A stretch of DNA of 59,812 bases from Candidatus Staskawiczbacteria bacterium (lineage in GTDB: Bacteria; Patescibacteriota; Minisyncoccia; Minisyncoccales; Staskawiczbacteraceae), in assembly GCA_041659225.1 (NCBI GenBank), contig JBAZYR010000007.1:1-59812 (forward strand), written 5' to 3'. The notes under the pieces are model-generated. The model was not told the origin of the DNA and did no database searches. It saw only the letters and a program-made list of their open reading frames with translations. Positions 25,319 to 34,651 of this stretch are shown here, piece after piece. The position numbers and the translations under genes are program-made. Within the stretch, counting starts at the first letter, position 1. Each line of letters opens with the position of its first letter.

Positions 25319-25950
25319 TATTTTATTTTAACAAACGTGTCTTTAATCTTTTTTACCGCGTCTTTCGTTATTAATAAATTCTTGTAGGTCATTACTTCCA
25401 AAACATTCAAATTTCTGGCTTCAACTGTAGAATAACCCGGAAGGTTTCTTGCAGCTAAAATTATCTTTTTATCGTATTCTGGAAAAACTATTAAACAGTT
25501 CTCTTTACATTTTACGTTTTTTAAAATCTTTACCATCTCGGCGGTCTTCGGTTTTTCAAGATTCAAATCCTCTACAAAAGTTAAAAGATTCCTCTTGAAT
25601 TTCTCGGTTAATACCATAAACAAAGCTTTTCTTCTTATCTTTTCCGGGATTTCTTTTTTAAATATCTTATCATTCCTCGGGCCAAATGTTACTCCGCCAC
25701 CTTTCCAAATAGGAGATCTGTTTGAACCAACTCTTGCTCTGCCTGTTCCTTTTTGTCTCCAAGGCTTTCTTCCGCCGCCGCTTACTTCTGATCTGTCTTT
25801 GGTATGGGCGCTTCCCTGTCTTCTGTTAGACATTTGAGAAACAACAACTTGGTGCAGAAGATCGGAATTCATAGCTACGTCAAAAATCTCCTTCGGCAGC
25901 ATTATGCTCCCCGCTTCCTTTCCTTCTTGATCATAAACAATAGCTTTCAT
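25318..25950 (-). CDS. rplD: 50S ribosomal protein L4
   Basis: QMSNRRQGSAHTKDRSEVSGGGRKPWRQKGTGRARVGSNRSPIWKGGGVTFGP. Confidence 0.95.
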   Translation of the reverse strand: MKAIVYDQEGKEAGSIMLPKEIFDVAMNSDLLHQVVVSQMSNRRQGSAHTKDRSEVSGGGRKPWRQKGTGRARVGSNRSPIWKGGGVTFGPRNDKIFKKEIPEKIRRKALFMVLTEKFKRNLLTFVEDLNLEKPKTAEMVKILKNVKCKENCLIVFPEYDKKIILAARNLPGYSTVEARNLNVLEVMTYKNLLITKDAVKKIKDTFVKIK

Positions 25951-25954
25951 GGTT

Positions 25955-26550
25955 TTAACCTCTGATTTCTAATAATGTTCCTTTTCTTCCCGGAACAGCG
26001 CCTCTTATGGCTAATATGTTATTCTCGACATCAATTTTCGCTATTCTCAAATTCTTGACTGAGGTTCTTTCCCCACCCATTCGTCCAGGCATCTTTTTCC
26101 CGGGCACTACTCGCTGAGGGAAACGTCCTCCGATAGAACCTATCACCCGATGCTCGTGTTTCACCCCGTGGGAAGCTCCCTTGCCGAAAAATTCCATTTC
26201 TTCATTGAACCCTGGAAACCTTTTCCTTTAGAAATACCTGAAACCTTCACCTTTTCTCCTTCCTTAAAAATGGACAAATCAACCTTATCTCCCAGCTTAA
26301 GCTGGTTTTCCCCTTCGATTCTTTCTTCTTTAATATATCTGTACTCTTTGCCTTTTGCTGTCTTTTTAACTTTGTTTTTCTTTTCGATTTTGCTAAATCC
26401 GAACTGAAGGGCCTCATAGCCGTCTTTCTCAGTGCTTTTTATCTGTAAAACCTCGCATGGTCCGCATTCAAGCAAAGTTACCGGTACAAATTTACCTTCT
26501 GCGGTGAAGAACTGCGTCATTCCAATTTTTTGACCGATAATGAATTTCAT
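25955..26550 (-). pseudogene. rplC: 50S ribosomal protein L3 split into two ORFs by a 1-nt frameshift in an A5 (plus-strand) run at 26187-26191; probably a sequencing or assembly artefact
   Basis: ORF 26161..26550 ends ...GFQGSMKKWNF-SARELPTG*. ORF 25955..26197 continues (ME)FFGKGASHGVKHEHRVIGSIG... Adding one T to AAUUUUUC restores a canonical L3 (KKWNFFGKGASHG). Confidence 0.9.
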
Positions 26551-26684
26551 TTCTTTAACTAAACACCGGGCATCAAGCCCGGTATTTTATTTAAAAAATA
26601 TGGACTTAGAACGGTTAAAAATTATAACTAATTTTTACCATAATAGTATCCTCGAAAACTAAATTTTAGAGTAAGTGAATACTA

Positions 26685-27056
26685 CTAAATTTTCACTGTA
26701 ATGTCAACTCCCGAAGGAAGATTAATATCCCTCAGGGCTTCCAGTATGTCTGAGTTGGGATTTAAGATGTCAATTATGCGCTTATGGACCCTCATTTCAA
26801 ATTGCTCCCTTGCGTTCTTGTGTATAAAGCTCGATCTGTTAACCGTGAACTTCAATACCTCTGTCGGCAAAGGAACCGGCCCGACCACTTCTGCGCCGTA
26901 ACGAGTAGCAATATCAATAATCTGTCGAGCACTGTTATCGATAATTTTGTTATCGTAGGCTCGAAGCTTTATCCTCAATCGAGGTTTTGCCCCATTCTCT
27001 CCGTTGCTGTCTGCCTTATCAATATTCTTCTTTGCAGTGGTTTTTTTAATTGGCAT
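26685..27056 (-). CDS. rpsJ: 30S ribosomal protein S10 (about 20-aa N-terminal extension)
   Basis: RLRIKLRAYDNKIIDNSARQIIDIATRYGAEVVGPVPLPT ... SFIHKNAREQFEMRVHKRIIDI. Confidence 0.95.
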   Translation of the reverse strand: MPIKKTTAKKNIDKADSNGENGAKPRLRIKLRAYDNKIIDNSARQIIDIATRYGAEVVGPVPLPTEVLKFTVNRSSFIHKNAREQFEMRVHKRIIDILNPNSDILEALRDINLPSGVDITVKI

Positions 27057-27090
27057 TTCTTAAAGAGCTAATCGTTACTTTTCTATCTGA

Positions 27091-28287
27091 TTATTTAATT
27101 ATTTTAGTTACTACCCCTGCTCCTACGGTCTTTCCTCCTTCTCTAATAGCGAATCTGGATTTTTCTTCAAGGGCTACTGGAGCAATAAGTTTAACAGCTA
27201 AGTTGGCAGTATCTCCAGGCATAATCATTTCTGTTCCTTGAGGCAAAATTACCTCACCGGTGATATCAGTTGTTCGGATGTATAGCTGTGGTTTATAGCC
27301 GGCAAAGAACGGAGTGTGTCGTCCGCCCTCTTCTTTTGTCAAAACATAGATCTCAGCCTCGAATTCGGTATGAGGAGTGATAGATCCTGGTTTAGCCAAT
27401 ACCTGTCCTCTTTCAATATCTTCTTTCTTTACGCCCCTTAATAGGATACCGACGTTATCTCCAGCTCTTCCTTCGTCTAAGGATTTATTAAACATCTCAA
27501 CGCTGACTACAACTGTCTTTTGAGTTGGTTTAATCCCAACTATTTCAACCTCTTCGTTAGAATGGACTATTCCCCTCTCAACTCTTCCGGTAGCAACTGT
27601 TCCTCGGCCCTCGATAGAGAAGACGTCTTCAATAGCCATAATGAATGGCTTGTCTAACTCACGAGTTGGCTCAACGATATAGTTGTCGACTGCGTCAAGC
27701 AATTCGGTAATGCACTTGATCTTTTCATCTTCCAGCGTAGTAGCTTCTAATGCTTTGGTAGCTGAACCTCGAATAATAGGAGTCTCGTCTCCTGGGTATT
27801 GGTATTTCTTTAAAAGCTCTCTTACTTCTGATTCAACCAATTCTAAAATCTCAGGATCGTCAACCTGGTCCACTTTATTTAAGAAAACTACCATGTTCGG
27901 CAATCCGACCTGCTTGGCCAGCAAGATGTGCTCTTTTGTTTGAGGCATAGGACCGTCCGGAGCGGAAACTAAAAGAATAGCTCCGTCCATTTGAGCGGCT
28001 CCTGTAACCATGTTCTTAATATAGTCAGCGTGGCCCGGGCAATCAATCAAGGCATAGTGGCGTTTTGGTGTCTCAAATTCCAAGTGGGAAATAGAGATCG
28101 TTACTCCTCTTGCTTTCTCTTCAGGGGCTGAATCAATCTGGTCAACTCCTTTGTCAGACGATTTCATACCTCTTAATTTAGAAGCATGCAAAATCGCGGC
28201 GGACAACGTAGTCTTACCGTGGTCAACGTGACCAATCGTACCTATATTAAGGTGGGGCTTAGATCTCTCAAATTTTTCTACTGCCAT
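27091..28287 (-). CDS. tuf: Elongation factor Tu
   Basis: [19 protein letters not shown] ... DCPGHADY ... NKVD. Confidence 0.97.
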   Translation of the reverse strand: MAVEKFERSKPHLNIGTIGHVDHGKTTLSAAILHASKLRGMKSSDKGVDQIDSAPEEKARGVTISISHLEFETPKRHYALIDCPGHADYIKNMVTGAAQMDGAILLVSAPDGPMPQTKEHILLAKQVGLPNMVVFLNKVDQVDDPEILELVESEVRELLKKYQYPGDETPIIRGSATKALEATTLEDEKIKCITELLDAVDNYIVEPTRELDKPFIMAIEDVFSIEGRGTVATGRVERGIVHSNEEVEIVGIKPTQKTVVVSVEMFNKSLDEGRAGDNVGILLRGVKKEDIERGQVLAKPGSITPHTEFEAEIYVLTKEEGGRHTPFFAGYKPQLYIRTTDITGEVILPQGTEMIMPGDTANLAVKLIAPVALEEKSRFAIREGGKTVGAGVVTKIIK

Positions 28288-28373
28288 AGTTTTTTAAATT
28301 ATTAATTTTTTAATTTTTGTTATACAAAGCTTATAATAATGCAAAATTAGAATAAGGTCAAGAGTTTCCCCCT

Positions 28374-30449
28374 TTATTTTCTCTTTCCCTCCATAATCTC
28401 TCTTGCTATATTCTCCGGAACCTTCTCATATCGGTCAAATTCCATAGTAAATGTCGCTCTTCCTTCAGTCAAAGAACGGATGGCAGTAGAATAGCCGAAC
28501 ATCTCAGCTAAAGGCACAGAAACATTAATTATTCTCATGCCTGCTCTTTCTTGCGTATTATCAATTTTACCTCGTCTTGAATTCAAATCAGAGATTACTT
28601 GTCCGAAGAAACTCTCAGGGCTTACAACTTCTGTTTTCATAACCGGTTCAAGCAAAACTGTCTTTCCTCGTCTAGCTGCTTCTTGGAAAGCCATGGAACC
28701 TGCAATCTTGAAGGCGAATTCAGAAGAGTCAACCTCGTGGAAGCTTCCGTCGTATAGGGCGACGGATACGTCAACAAATGGATACCCGGCTAAGACACCT
28801 TTATCCATAGCCTCTTTAATACCTTTCTGGGTGGCTGAAATAAACTCCTTCGGGATTACCCCGCCCTTGATTTCATCAAGGAATTCAAATCCTGCTCCTC
28901 TCTCTCGCGGGGTCATTCTAAGACGGACGTGACCGTATTGGCCCTTACCACCTGATTGACGAATATATTTTCCTTCGGCTTCTGCTTCCTGTAAAATAGT
29001 TTCCCGGTAGGCAACTTGAGGCCTGCCGTAATCAGCGTCAACCCTGAATTCTCTCTTTAACCTATCGGTAATAATATCTAAGTGCAACTCTCCCATTCCG
29101 GAAATAATAGTCTCGGAGGTTTCTTTATCTTCTTTAATCGTAAAGGTTGGATCCTCATCAGCTAATTTTCGTAAAGACATAATCAGTTTCTCCTGATCAG
29201 CTTTTGTCTTGGGCTCTACCTTAATAGAGATAACTGGTTCGGGGAAGACAATCTTTTCTAATATAATAGGATGTTCTTTGTCGCAAAGAGTGTTTCCTGT
29301 CCCGGTGTTCTTTAAACCGACGGTTGCACCAATTTCACCGGAATATAAAGCATCCATTTCTGCTCTTGAGTCAGCATTCATTCTTAAAATTCTGCTGATT
29401 CTCTCCTGTTCCCCGGTATTAGCGTTCAAAACATATGATCCTTTTGTTAGAACCCCGGAATATATTCTGAAGAAGGTTAAGGTTCCGACATAAGGATCGG
29501 TGGCAATTTTGAAAACCAAGCACGAAAAAGGTTCGGCATCATCTGCTTTTCTGGTTATAGCTTGGCCGGTTTGAGAATCAGTTCCTTCAATTGGCGGCAG
29601 ATCTATCGGAGAAGGCAAGTAGTCGACAACCCCGTCAAGAACCGGTTGCACTCCTTTATTCTTTAAAGCTGAGCCGCAGAACACTGGGATAAGCTTGTAA
29701 GCTAAACATCCCTTTCTTAGAGCTGTTTTTAACTCTATAGTTGATATTTCCTTCTTTTCGATAAACTTTTCAACTAAATCATGGTCTTCAGCCACAATCT
29801 TTTCTATCATTTTCTCTCTATAGGCAGCTGCTTTTTCCTGAAACTCAGCTGGTATTTCTCCGATTACAACTTTCTCTCCCATATCTCCTTCAAAGTATAT
29901 GGCCTTCATATCAAAAAGATCGATTACTCCTTTAAGATTACTTTCCTCTCCTACTGGAATCTGCAGGGGCACAGCGTTGGGAGTAAGCTTGTCGTAAATA
30001 GACTGGAGGCTCTTTTCAAAAGAAGCACCCGTTCTATCAAGTTTGTTGATAAAACAAATCCTTGGAATGTTATACTTATCAGCTTGGCGCCAGACAGTTT
30101 CTGATTGAGGCTCAACTCCGGCTACACCGTCGAAAACAACAACTGCTCCGTCCAAAACGCGCAAAGATCTTTGAACCTCTGCGGTAAAATCAATGTGACC
30201 CGGAGTATCGATAAGATTCATTTGGTGGCCGTTCCAAAAAAGAGTTGTTGCAGCTGAAGTGATAGTGATTCCTCTTTCTCTCTCTTGAACCATCCAATCC
30301 AAGGTTGTTGTTCCTTCGTCTATGTTTCCTATTTTATGGGAAACTCCGGTATAAAAAAGAAACCGTTCGCTTACGGTCGTTTTACCGGCATCGATATGCG
30401 CGATAATACCAATGTTTCTGTTTTTTTCTATAGGACAAACACGTGCCAT
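28374..30449 (-). CDS. fusA: Elongation factor G
   Basis: [14 protein letters not shown] ... DTPGHIDF ... NKLDR; 691 aa. Confidence 0.97.
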   Translation of the reverse strand: MARVCPIEKNRNIGIIAHIDAGKTTVSERFLFYTGVSHKIGNIDEGTTTLDWMVQERERGITITSAATTLFWNGHQMNLIDTPGHIDFTAEVQRSLRVLDGAVVVFDGVAGVEPQSETVWRQADKYNIPRICFINKLDRTGASFEKSLQSIYDKLTPNAVPLQIPVGEESNLKGVIDLFDMKAIYFEGDMGEKVVIGEIPAEFQEKAAAYREKMIEKIVAEDHDLVEKFIEKKEISTIELKTALRKGCLAYKLIPVFCGSALKNKGVQPVLDGVVDYLPSPIDLPPIEGTDSQTGQAITRKADDAEPFSCLVFKIATDPYVGTLTFFRIYSGVLTKGSYVLNANTGEQERISRILRMNADSRAEMDALYSGEIGATVGLKNTGTGNTLCDKEHPIILEKIVFPEPVISIKVEPKTKADQEKLIMSLRKLADEDPTFTIKEDKETSETIISGMGELHLDIITDRLKREFRVDADYGRPQVAYRETILQEAEAEGKYIRQSGGKGQYGHVRLRMTPRERGAGFEFLDEIKGGVIPKEFISATQKGIKEAMDKGVLAGYPFVDVSVALYDGSFHEVDSSEFAFKIAGSMAFQEAARRGKTVLLEPVMKTEVVSPESFFGQVISDLNSRRGKIDNTQERAGMRIINVSVPLAEMFGYSTAIRSLTEGRATFTMEFDRYEKVPENIAREIMEGKRK

Positions 30450-30466
30450 TTTATTACAATTACTTA

Positions 30467-30928
30467 TTAACGAGCGAAATGGGCAAAAGCCTTGTTGGCT
30501 TCAGCCATTCGATGAGTGTCATTTTTCTTTTTAATTGCTCCGCCGGCGTTATTAGCTGCGTCAATTATCTCCTGGCTTAATTTCTCAGCCATGGGTTTGC
30601 CTTTTTTCGTTCTGGCTCCCAAAAGTATCCATCTGATAGCTAAGGCCAATCTTCGGTTTCCTTTAACCTCTACCGGAACCTGATAGGTTGCTCCACCGAT
30701 ACGTTTCGGACGCACTTCCAAAATTGGGGAAGCGTTTTCAATAGCAGTTCTAAAAACCTCTAGAGGATCCTTTTTTGTTTTTTCCTTTACTATCTCGAAA
30801 GAATCGTAGAGTATTCTCTGGGCCGTTGTTTTCCTCCCGCTCTTCATTATCATGTTTACAAACTGAGAGACAACAACGTCGTTGTACATTCTGTCAGGTT
30901 CAATTATGTGCTTCTTGAATCTCTTCAT
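30467..30928 (-). CDS. rpsG: 30S ribosomal protein S7
   Basis: [20 protein letters not shown] ... [17 protein letters not shown] ... [13 protein letters not shown]. Confidence 0.95.
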   Translation of the reverse strand: MKRFKKHIIEPDRMYNDVVVSQFVNMIMKSGRKTTAQRILYDSFEIVKEKTKKDPLEVFRTAIENASPILEVRPKRIGGATYQVPVEVKGNRRLALAIRWILLGARTKKGKPMAEKLSQEIIDAANNAGGAIKKKNDTHRMAEANKAFAHFAR

Positions 30929-30930
30929 AA

Positions 30931-31344
30931 TTATTTCTTAGCTTTTTTAGTTCCATATTTGCTTCTTTCCTGCTTCCTTCCCTCTACCCCGGCGGTATCT
31001 AAAATACCCCGAACAATGTGATATCTTACTCCTGGTAAATCCTTTACCCTTCCGCCTCTTATCATAACAACAGAGTGTTCCTGCAAATTATGCCCTTCGC
31101 CCGGGATATATGCGGTAACCTCCATGCCATTTGAAAGTTTAACTCTAGCCACTTTTCTTAATGCAGAGTTTGGTTTCTTAGGCGTGGTTGTGAAAACTTT
31201 AACGCAAACTCCCCTCTTTAAAGGAGCGGGGTAATAGGTTGGTCTGTTCTTTAAAACATTGAATCCGAACTCAAGAGCCGGCATCTTTGTGCGGTTCTTT
31301 GCCTTTGATCTTCCCTTCTTAATTAGTTGATGTATTGTTGGCAT
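30931..31344 (-). CDS. rpsL: 30S ribosomal protein S12
   Basis: [12 protein letters not shown] ... [20 protein letters not shown] ... [12 protein letters not shown]. Confidence 0.97.
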   Translation of the reverse strand: MPTIHQLIKKGRSKAKNRTKMPALEFGFNVLKNRPTYYPAPLKRGVCVKVFTTTPKKPNSALRKVARVKLSNGMEVTAYIPGEGHNLQEHSVVMIRGGRVKDLPGVRYHIVRGILDTAGVEGRKQERSKYGTKKAKK

Positions 31345-31368
31345 TTAATAAATTGGAATACAAAAAAT

Positions 31369-31397
31369 AGTTTAACAGATAATACTGCGAGAGTCAA
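31369..31397 (-). promoter_or_regulatory. Candidate sigma70-like promoter for the rpsL operon
   Basis: Minus strand: TTGACT (31397-31392), 17-nt spacer, TAAACT (31374-31369). Confidence 0.4.
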
Positions 31398-31400
31398 CGT

Positions 31401-32027
31401 TTACATAAGCGGACTCGCTCCTGCGACTAACCGAAACAAGGTTGTGGCTATGTCAGACAGGAATCCTATGCCGAAGAATATGAAAAAAATTAGGATAATG
31501 GTTCCGTACTGATAAAGAAAGTTTTTTATATCCATCCATTGCCGGTTCCTCGGAAAAAAAGAGAAAATAATATGTGAGCCGTCAAGCGGCGGAATCGGAA
31601 GCAGATTAAATAACGCCCAGAGAAAGTTATAGACCGTAATTATTGTAAAGGGAATCAAAAGTGCCTGCGGTAAATCAATGAACCTTATTACCAAACCGAA
31701 AAGTATAGCAACGGCAAAGTTCGCAGCAGACCCGGCCAAAGAAACTTTGATCATCCCCCATTTCTGGTCTTTTAAGTTATACGCATTAACTGGCACCGGC
31801 TTTGCCCATCCGAAAATCGGCCCCTGCCCTCTGGTTGCTAAAAGTAAAAACAAGGGAAGAATAATCGAGCCGAACAGATCCAGATGTTTTAATGGATTTA
31901 AGGTAAGTCTGCCTTCCCGCTTGGCCGTACTGTCTCCTAAAAAAAGAGCGACACTGCCATGAGCAATTTCGTGTATGATAATCGAAAAAAGCAGAATAAC
32001 TAAGGAAAATACGGTTATCGCAAACAT
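31401..32027 (-). CDS. Site-2 protease family (peptidase M50) membrane metalloprotease
   Basis: HEIAHG zinc motif in TM1, RLTLNPLKHLDLFGSI, NLLPIPPLDG; multi-TM. Confidence 0.85.
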   Translation of the reverse strand: MFAITVFSLVILLFSIIIHEIAHGSVALFLGDSTAKREGRLTLNPLKHLDLFGSIILPLFLLLATRGQGPIFGWAKPVPVNAYNLKDQKWGMIKVSLAGSAANFAVAILFGLVIRFIDLPQALLIPFTIITVYNFLWALFNLLPIPPLDGSHIIFSFFPRNRQWMDIKNFLYQYGTIILIFFIFFGIGFLSDIATTLFRLVAGASPLM

Positions 32028-32045
32028 GTTGTCATAATATCACAC

Positions 32046-32074
32046 TTGAAAGAAAAGTGAAACTAAGATAGTAT
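32046..32074 (+). promoter_or_regulatory. Candidate promoter for rpmB / tRNA-Pro
   Basis: TTGAAA (32046-32051), 17-nt spacer, TAGTAT (32069-32074). Confidence 0.4.
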
Positions 32075-32104
32075 GAATTAATTAGAAAATATAAATTCCT
32101 ATTT

Positions 32105-32329
32105 ATGGCAAAAACCTGTACAATTTGCGACAAAACATCCACAATGGTTTGGAAATTGAAAAAACTTCGTGGTAAATACAATCCGACCGTAAAAAGAAGG
32201 AAATATCCAAACCTTCAATGGGTCCTTGTTCCAAAAGATATAAAATCTCCAAAGATGGCCATTCCTTTAAAAGGCAAGCGAGTTTTGGCTTGCACCAAAT
32301 GCATAAAGGCAATGGCAAAGACTAAATAA
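32105..32329 (+). CDS. rpmB: 50S ribosomal protein L28 (Cys-containing form)
   Basis: MAKTCTICDKT ... RGKYNPTVKRRKYPNLQWV ... LACTKCIK. Confidence 0.85.
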   Translation: MAKTCTICDKTSTMVWKLKKLRGKYNPTVKRRKYPNLQWVLVPKDIKSPKMAIPLKGKRVLACTKCIKAMAKTK

Positions 32330-32350
32330 TCTTTACCCCGAGATTATTTA

Positions 32351-32421
32351 CGGGGCATAGTGCAACGGTAGCACGAGTCCATGGGGTGGATTTAGTTCGA
32401 GTTCGAATCTCGATGCCCCGA
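32351..32421 (+). tRNA. tRNA-Pro (anticodon GGG); CCA not encoded
   Basis: Manual cloverleaf: acceptor CGGGGCA/TGCCCCG, D arm GTGC-AACGGTA-GCAC, anticodon arm AGTCC-ATGGGGT-GGATT, T arm TCGAG-TTCGAAT-CTCGA, discriminator A. Confidence 0.85.
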
Positions 32422-32461
32422 CATAGAATGAGTTCTTTCACAAACAAAGAAGGGAGACCTT

Positions 32462-32704
32462 ATGTCTTCATCCAGCTCAATAGAAACTCTTACCGAAATT
32501 GAAGTTGACAACAATACCGGCATACGGGACGTTGTAGATTTTCTGACCGCACTGTCGCCCAGTCAAGGCCACGGAATCATAGTCGTAATTCAGAGAGTAA
32601 TTCCAAGGACAGTACTGCTGGTCGAAGGCGGATTAAGCATCAAAAACGGCTCGAGAGAGCAAATTCCAGACAAACCAACCGCCGGTGATACTGGCGACGA
32701 TTAA
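32462..32704 (+). CDS. Hypothetical acidic 80-aa protein
   Basis: ATG preceded by GAAGGGAGACCTT (Shine-Dalgarno GGGAG). GC-richer than its surroundings. No family recognised. Confidence 0.45.
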   Translation: MSSSSSIETLTEIEVDNNTGIRDVVDFLTALSPSQGHGIIVVIQRVIPRTVLLVEGGLSIKNGSREQIPDKPTAGDTGDD

Positions 32705-32808
32705 CATAGGCTTCCCTCCGGATAGGTAGGCGTGATCAGGAACGCAAACCTTTCGCGACCTACCTATCTATTTATATAGAAACGGCTCGTTTACGAGCCG
32801 ACGAACCC

Positions 32809-32914
32809 GGAGAGGGGGCATGCGCACATCCAGGCCACATGCCCTGGATGAAAATCTTTGTGGTAGAACCAACCCGAACCGAACCACGAGTTTTATTGCC
32901 CCCTCCCCTTTTTT
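32809..32914 (+). ncRNA. Candidate Y-shaped small RNA or elaborate terminator
   Basis: GGAGAGGGGGCA (32809-32820) pairs with UGCCCCCUCCCC (32897-32908) with one A-C mismatch. It encloses hairpins CAUCCAGG-CCACAUGC-CCUGGAUG and GUGGU...ACCAC, and is followed by U6. Confidence 0.3.
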
Positions 32915-32925
32915 ACATTCAAAAA

Positions 32926-32950
32926 CCAGCGAAGGATTCCCCCTCGCTGG
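32926..32950. terminator. Bidirectional terminator between convergent units
   Basis: CCAGCGA ... TCGCTGG stem, flanked by A5 upstream and TTTTGTTTTTT downstream; 10 nt from the stop of the 32960..34651 gene. Confidence 0.65.
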
Positions 32951-32959
32951 TTTTGTTTT

Positions 32960-34651
32960 TTATTTATCAGTCAAATCCTCTATATCCTTAACTTCTTTTA
33001 TAACAGCCTTTTCTGTGGCTTTGAGCGCTTCTTTCAAACTATCACTGATTTTCTTTTCTTTCGCAGTCAAACCAGGCTTGCCATCAAGCTTAGCTATCTC
33101 CTTCTCTATTTTTTCCCGCAAAATTTCAAAAGACTTACGGAAATTTTCCTCGATTTTTTTAGCTTCCTTCTTTATCTTCCGCCTTCTCATAATAAACCGA
33201 CGGCATAGATATGCCAGCAATACTAAAATGCAGAGTATCAAAATTCCCAAGCCGATTAAAACACTGGGACAGCTAAGATTTAACTGGCCGAACTCAAAAA
33301 TACTCTGTGCAGAAACAATTGAAGAATATCTTGAAGTCGGATTGCTTTTTGCACCGCGCTGGTCAATTGCCTCCAGCCAAAACTCGTAAGATCCCTTTCT
33401 TATTCGGTCTTGCCAAATAACCGTAAAGTTTCCCTTCTCGTCAGCGGTTACTTCTTTTGAAGAAATTTTTTCGCTGCCTTTAAGCTGGAGAAAAATCCGG
33501 ACGGTTGATTGGGGATAGCTGGTTCCCTGGACAATAAAAGGATCATTCTCCATAATCTTTTCAGAATAATCGGTAACTACCGGCGCATCGATAGCTGCAA
33601 CTTCAAATTCCGCAGATTCAGCCAAGAAATTGCCTGCTTCGTCCACAGCTTTTACAGAAATTGTGTGTTTTCCCGGATCCATGGCCTGGGTTTTATAGTT
33701 TCCGGCTGGTTCGATATTTTTTACTTCCTGTCCATCGATTTGGACTTCATAGTGATCAATACCGGAAGTTTCATCACTAGATTCAAGAGAAAATTCTGCC
33801 TGCGGATCCGTTAAATCAGAACGTTTAATTTCTTGTATCCGGAGATATTCTGGTTTCTCTGTATCAATCTGGAAAGCAAAATGCGAAACCTCTCCCCAGC
33901 CGCTACTCGTACGTGCTTGCATGTGAAAATACCACTTGCCTTCACCAATATTATCCAATTGTTTTTCTGCCACAGCAGGCTCATAAAGAACGTTTGGCGA
34001 GGAAGAAGCTCCTCTGCTGTAAAGAAGTCTTACGCCGGAAGCGCCGCTAGGCAATGTCCAATTGAATTTAGGGTTTGCATTTGCATACCACTTTGTAGAG
34101 TCAGGATGAGTAGTTGAATAGATGGTAGAAGTAACAGGCGGCTCAGGAGTTTCCGGAGTTTCTGCGCTGGTAGTTAATACATAACTGGCGCCTGTCATAT
34201 TTCTCAATACATTCGTTCCTAAGCCGTCGTTCGACAACACCGACCCGCTGGAGAAAACTACGGATGCCGTGCCGCTGCTTTTAGCCCTGAAGGTAACTGT
34301 CATTATCTTCCCTTTATTCCCGGAAAACCCAGGGTTTAAAACAATTCCTTCAAAGTTAAACGTGCCGCTGCTATTTGAAAATATCGGCTCTTGAACCCAT
34401 AAACTTATGATAGAGCCGCTCTTTGAGATAGAAACCGCTTCTACCTTATTTGAAGGGAAGGTTACCACTCCGGAAATAGCATTTATTGTTTCTGACGGTG
34501 CAGCGACATAAACGCTCATAGAAAAATTCTGGCCCACGGTGAATGACCCGGAAGCCGGGCTAATAGACAAGTCTGCGGCCTGCACCAGAGCTGGGGCAAA
34601 AGCCAAAAGACTTAAAAACAAGACTGACGACAAAATTATTTTTTTCTCCAT
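32960..34651 (-). CDS. Cohesin-like domain surface protein with Ig/FN3-like repeats, C-proximal TM helix and charged cytoplasmic coiled-coil tail
   Basis: Signal peptide. DLSISPASGSFTVGQNFSMSVYV...INAISGVVTFPSNKVEAVSISKSGSII...GKIMTVTFRAKSSGTASVVF. TM helix VLIGLGILILCILVLLAYLC, then a KE-rich tail. Confidence 0.6.
   Translation of the reverse strand: MEKKIILSSVLFLSLLAFAPALVQAADLSISPASGSFTVGQNFSMSVYVAAPSETINAISGVVTFPSNKVEAVSISKSGSIISLWVQEPIFSNSSGTFNFEGIVLNPGFSGNKGKIMTVTFRAKSSGTASVVFSSGSVLSNDGLGTNVLRNMTGASYVLTTSAETPETPEPPVTSTIYSTTHPDSTKWYANANPKFNWTLPSGASGVRLLYSRGASSSPNVLYEPAVAEKQLDNIGEGKWYFHMQARTSSGWGEVSHFAFQIDTEKPEYLRIQEIKRSDLTDPQAEFSLESSDETSGIDHYEVQIDGQEVKNIEPAGNYKTQAMDPGKHTISVKAVDEAGNFLAESAEFEVAAIDAPVVTDYSEKIMENDPFIVQGTSYPQSTVRIFLQLKGSEKISSKEVTADEKGNFTVIWQDRIRKGSYEFWLEAIDQRGAKSNPTSRYSSIVSAQSIFEFGQLNLSCPSVLIGLGILILCILVLLAYLCRRFIMRRRKIKKEAKKIEENFRKSFEILREKIEKEIAKLDGKPGLTAKEKKISDSLKEALKATEKAVIKEVKDIEDLTDK

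Noticed and set aside
26161-26197. Programmed -1 ribosomal frameshift in rplC.
   Set aside because: The zero-frame sequence AAU UUU UCG is not an X_XXY_YYZ slippery heptamer, and I see no obvious downstream stimulatory pseudoknot. A homopolymer indel error is the more economical explanation. It is kept as a finding only so that someone checks the reads.
2729-31512. Numerous 60-175-aa plus-strand ORFs antisense to ribosomal, EF-Tu/EF-G and secY genes (for example 20414..20938, 22734..23123, 23164..23559, 28537..28932).
   Set aside because: All are fully contained antisense to highly conserved genes, lack SD sequences and have low-complexity Ser/Phe/Leu/Ile-rich sequences expected from AT-rich antisense strands.
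32820-33389. Track ORF 32820..33389(+), 189 aa.
   Set aside because: It starts inside the Y-shaped hairpin region, runs through the bidirectional terminator and is then antisense to the well-supported cohesin-like gene. Its low-complexity Ser/Phe/Leu composition is typical of a shadow ORF.
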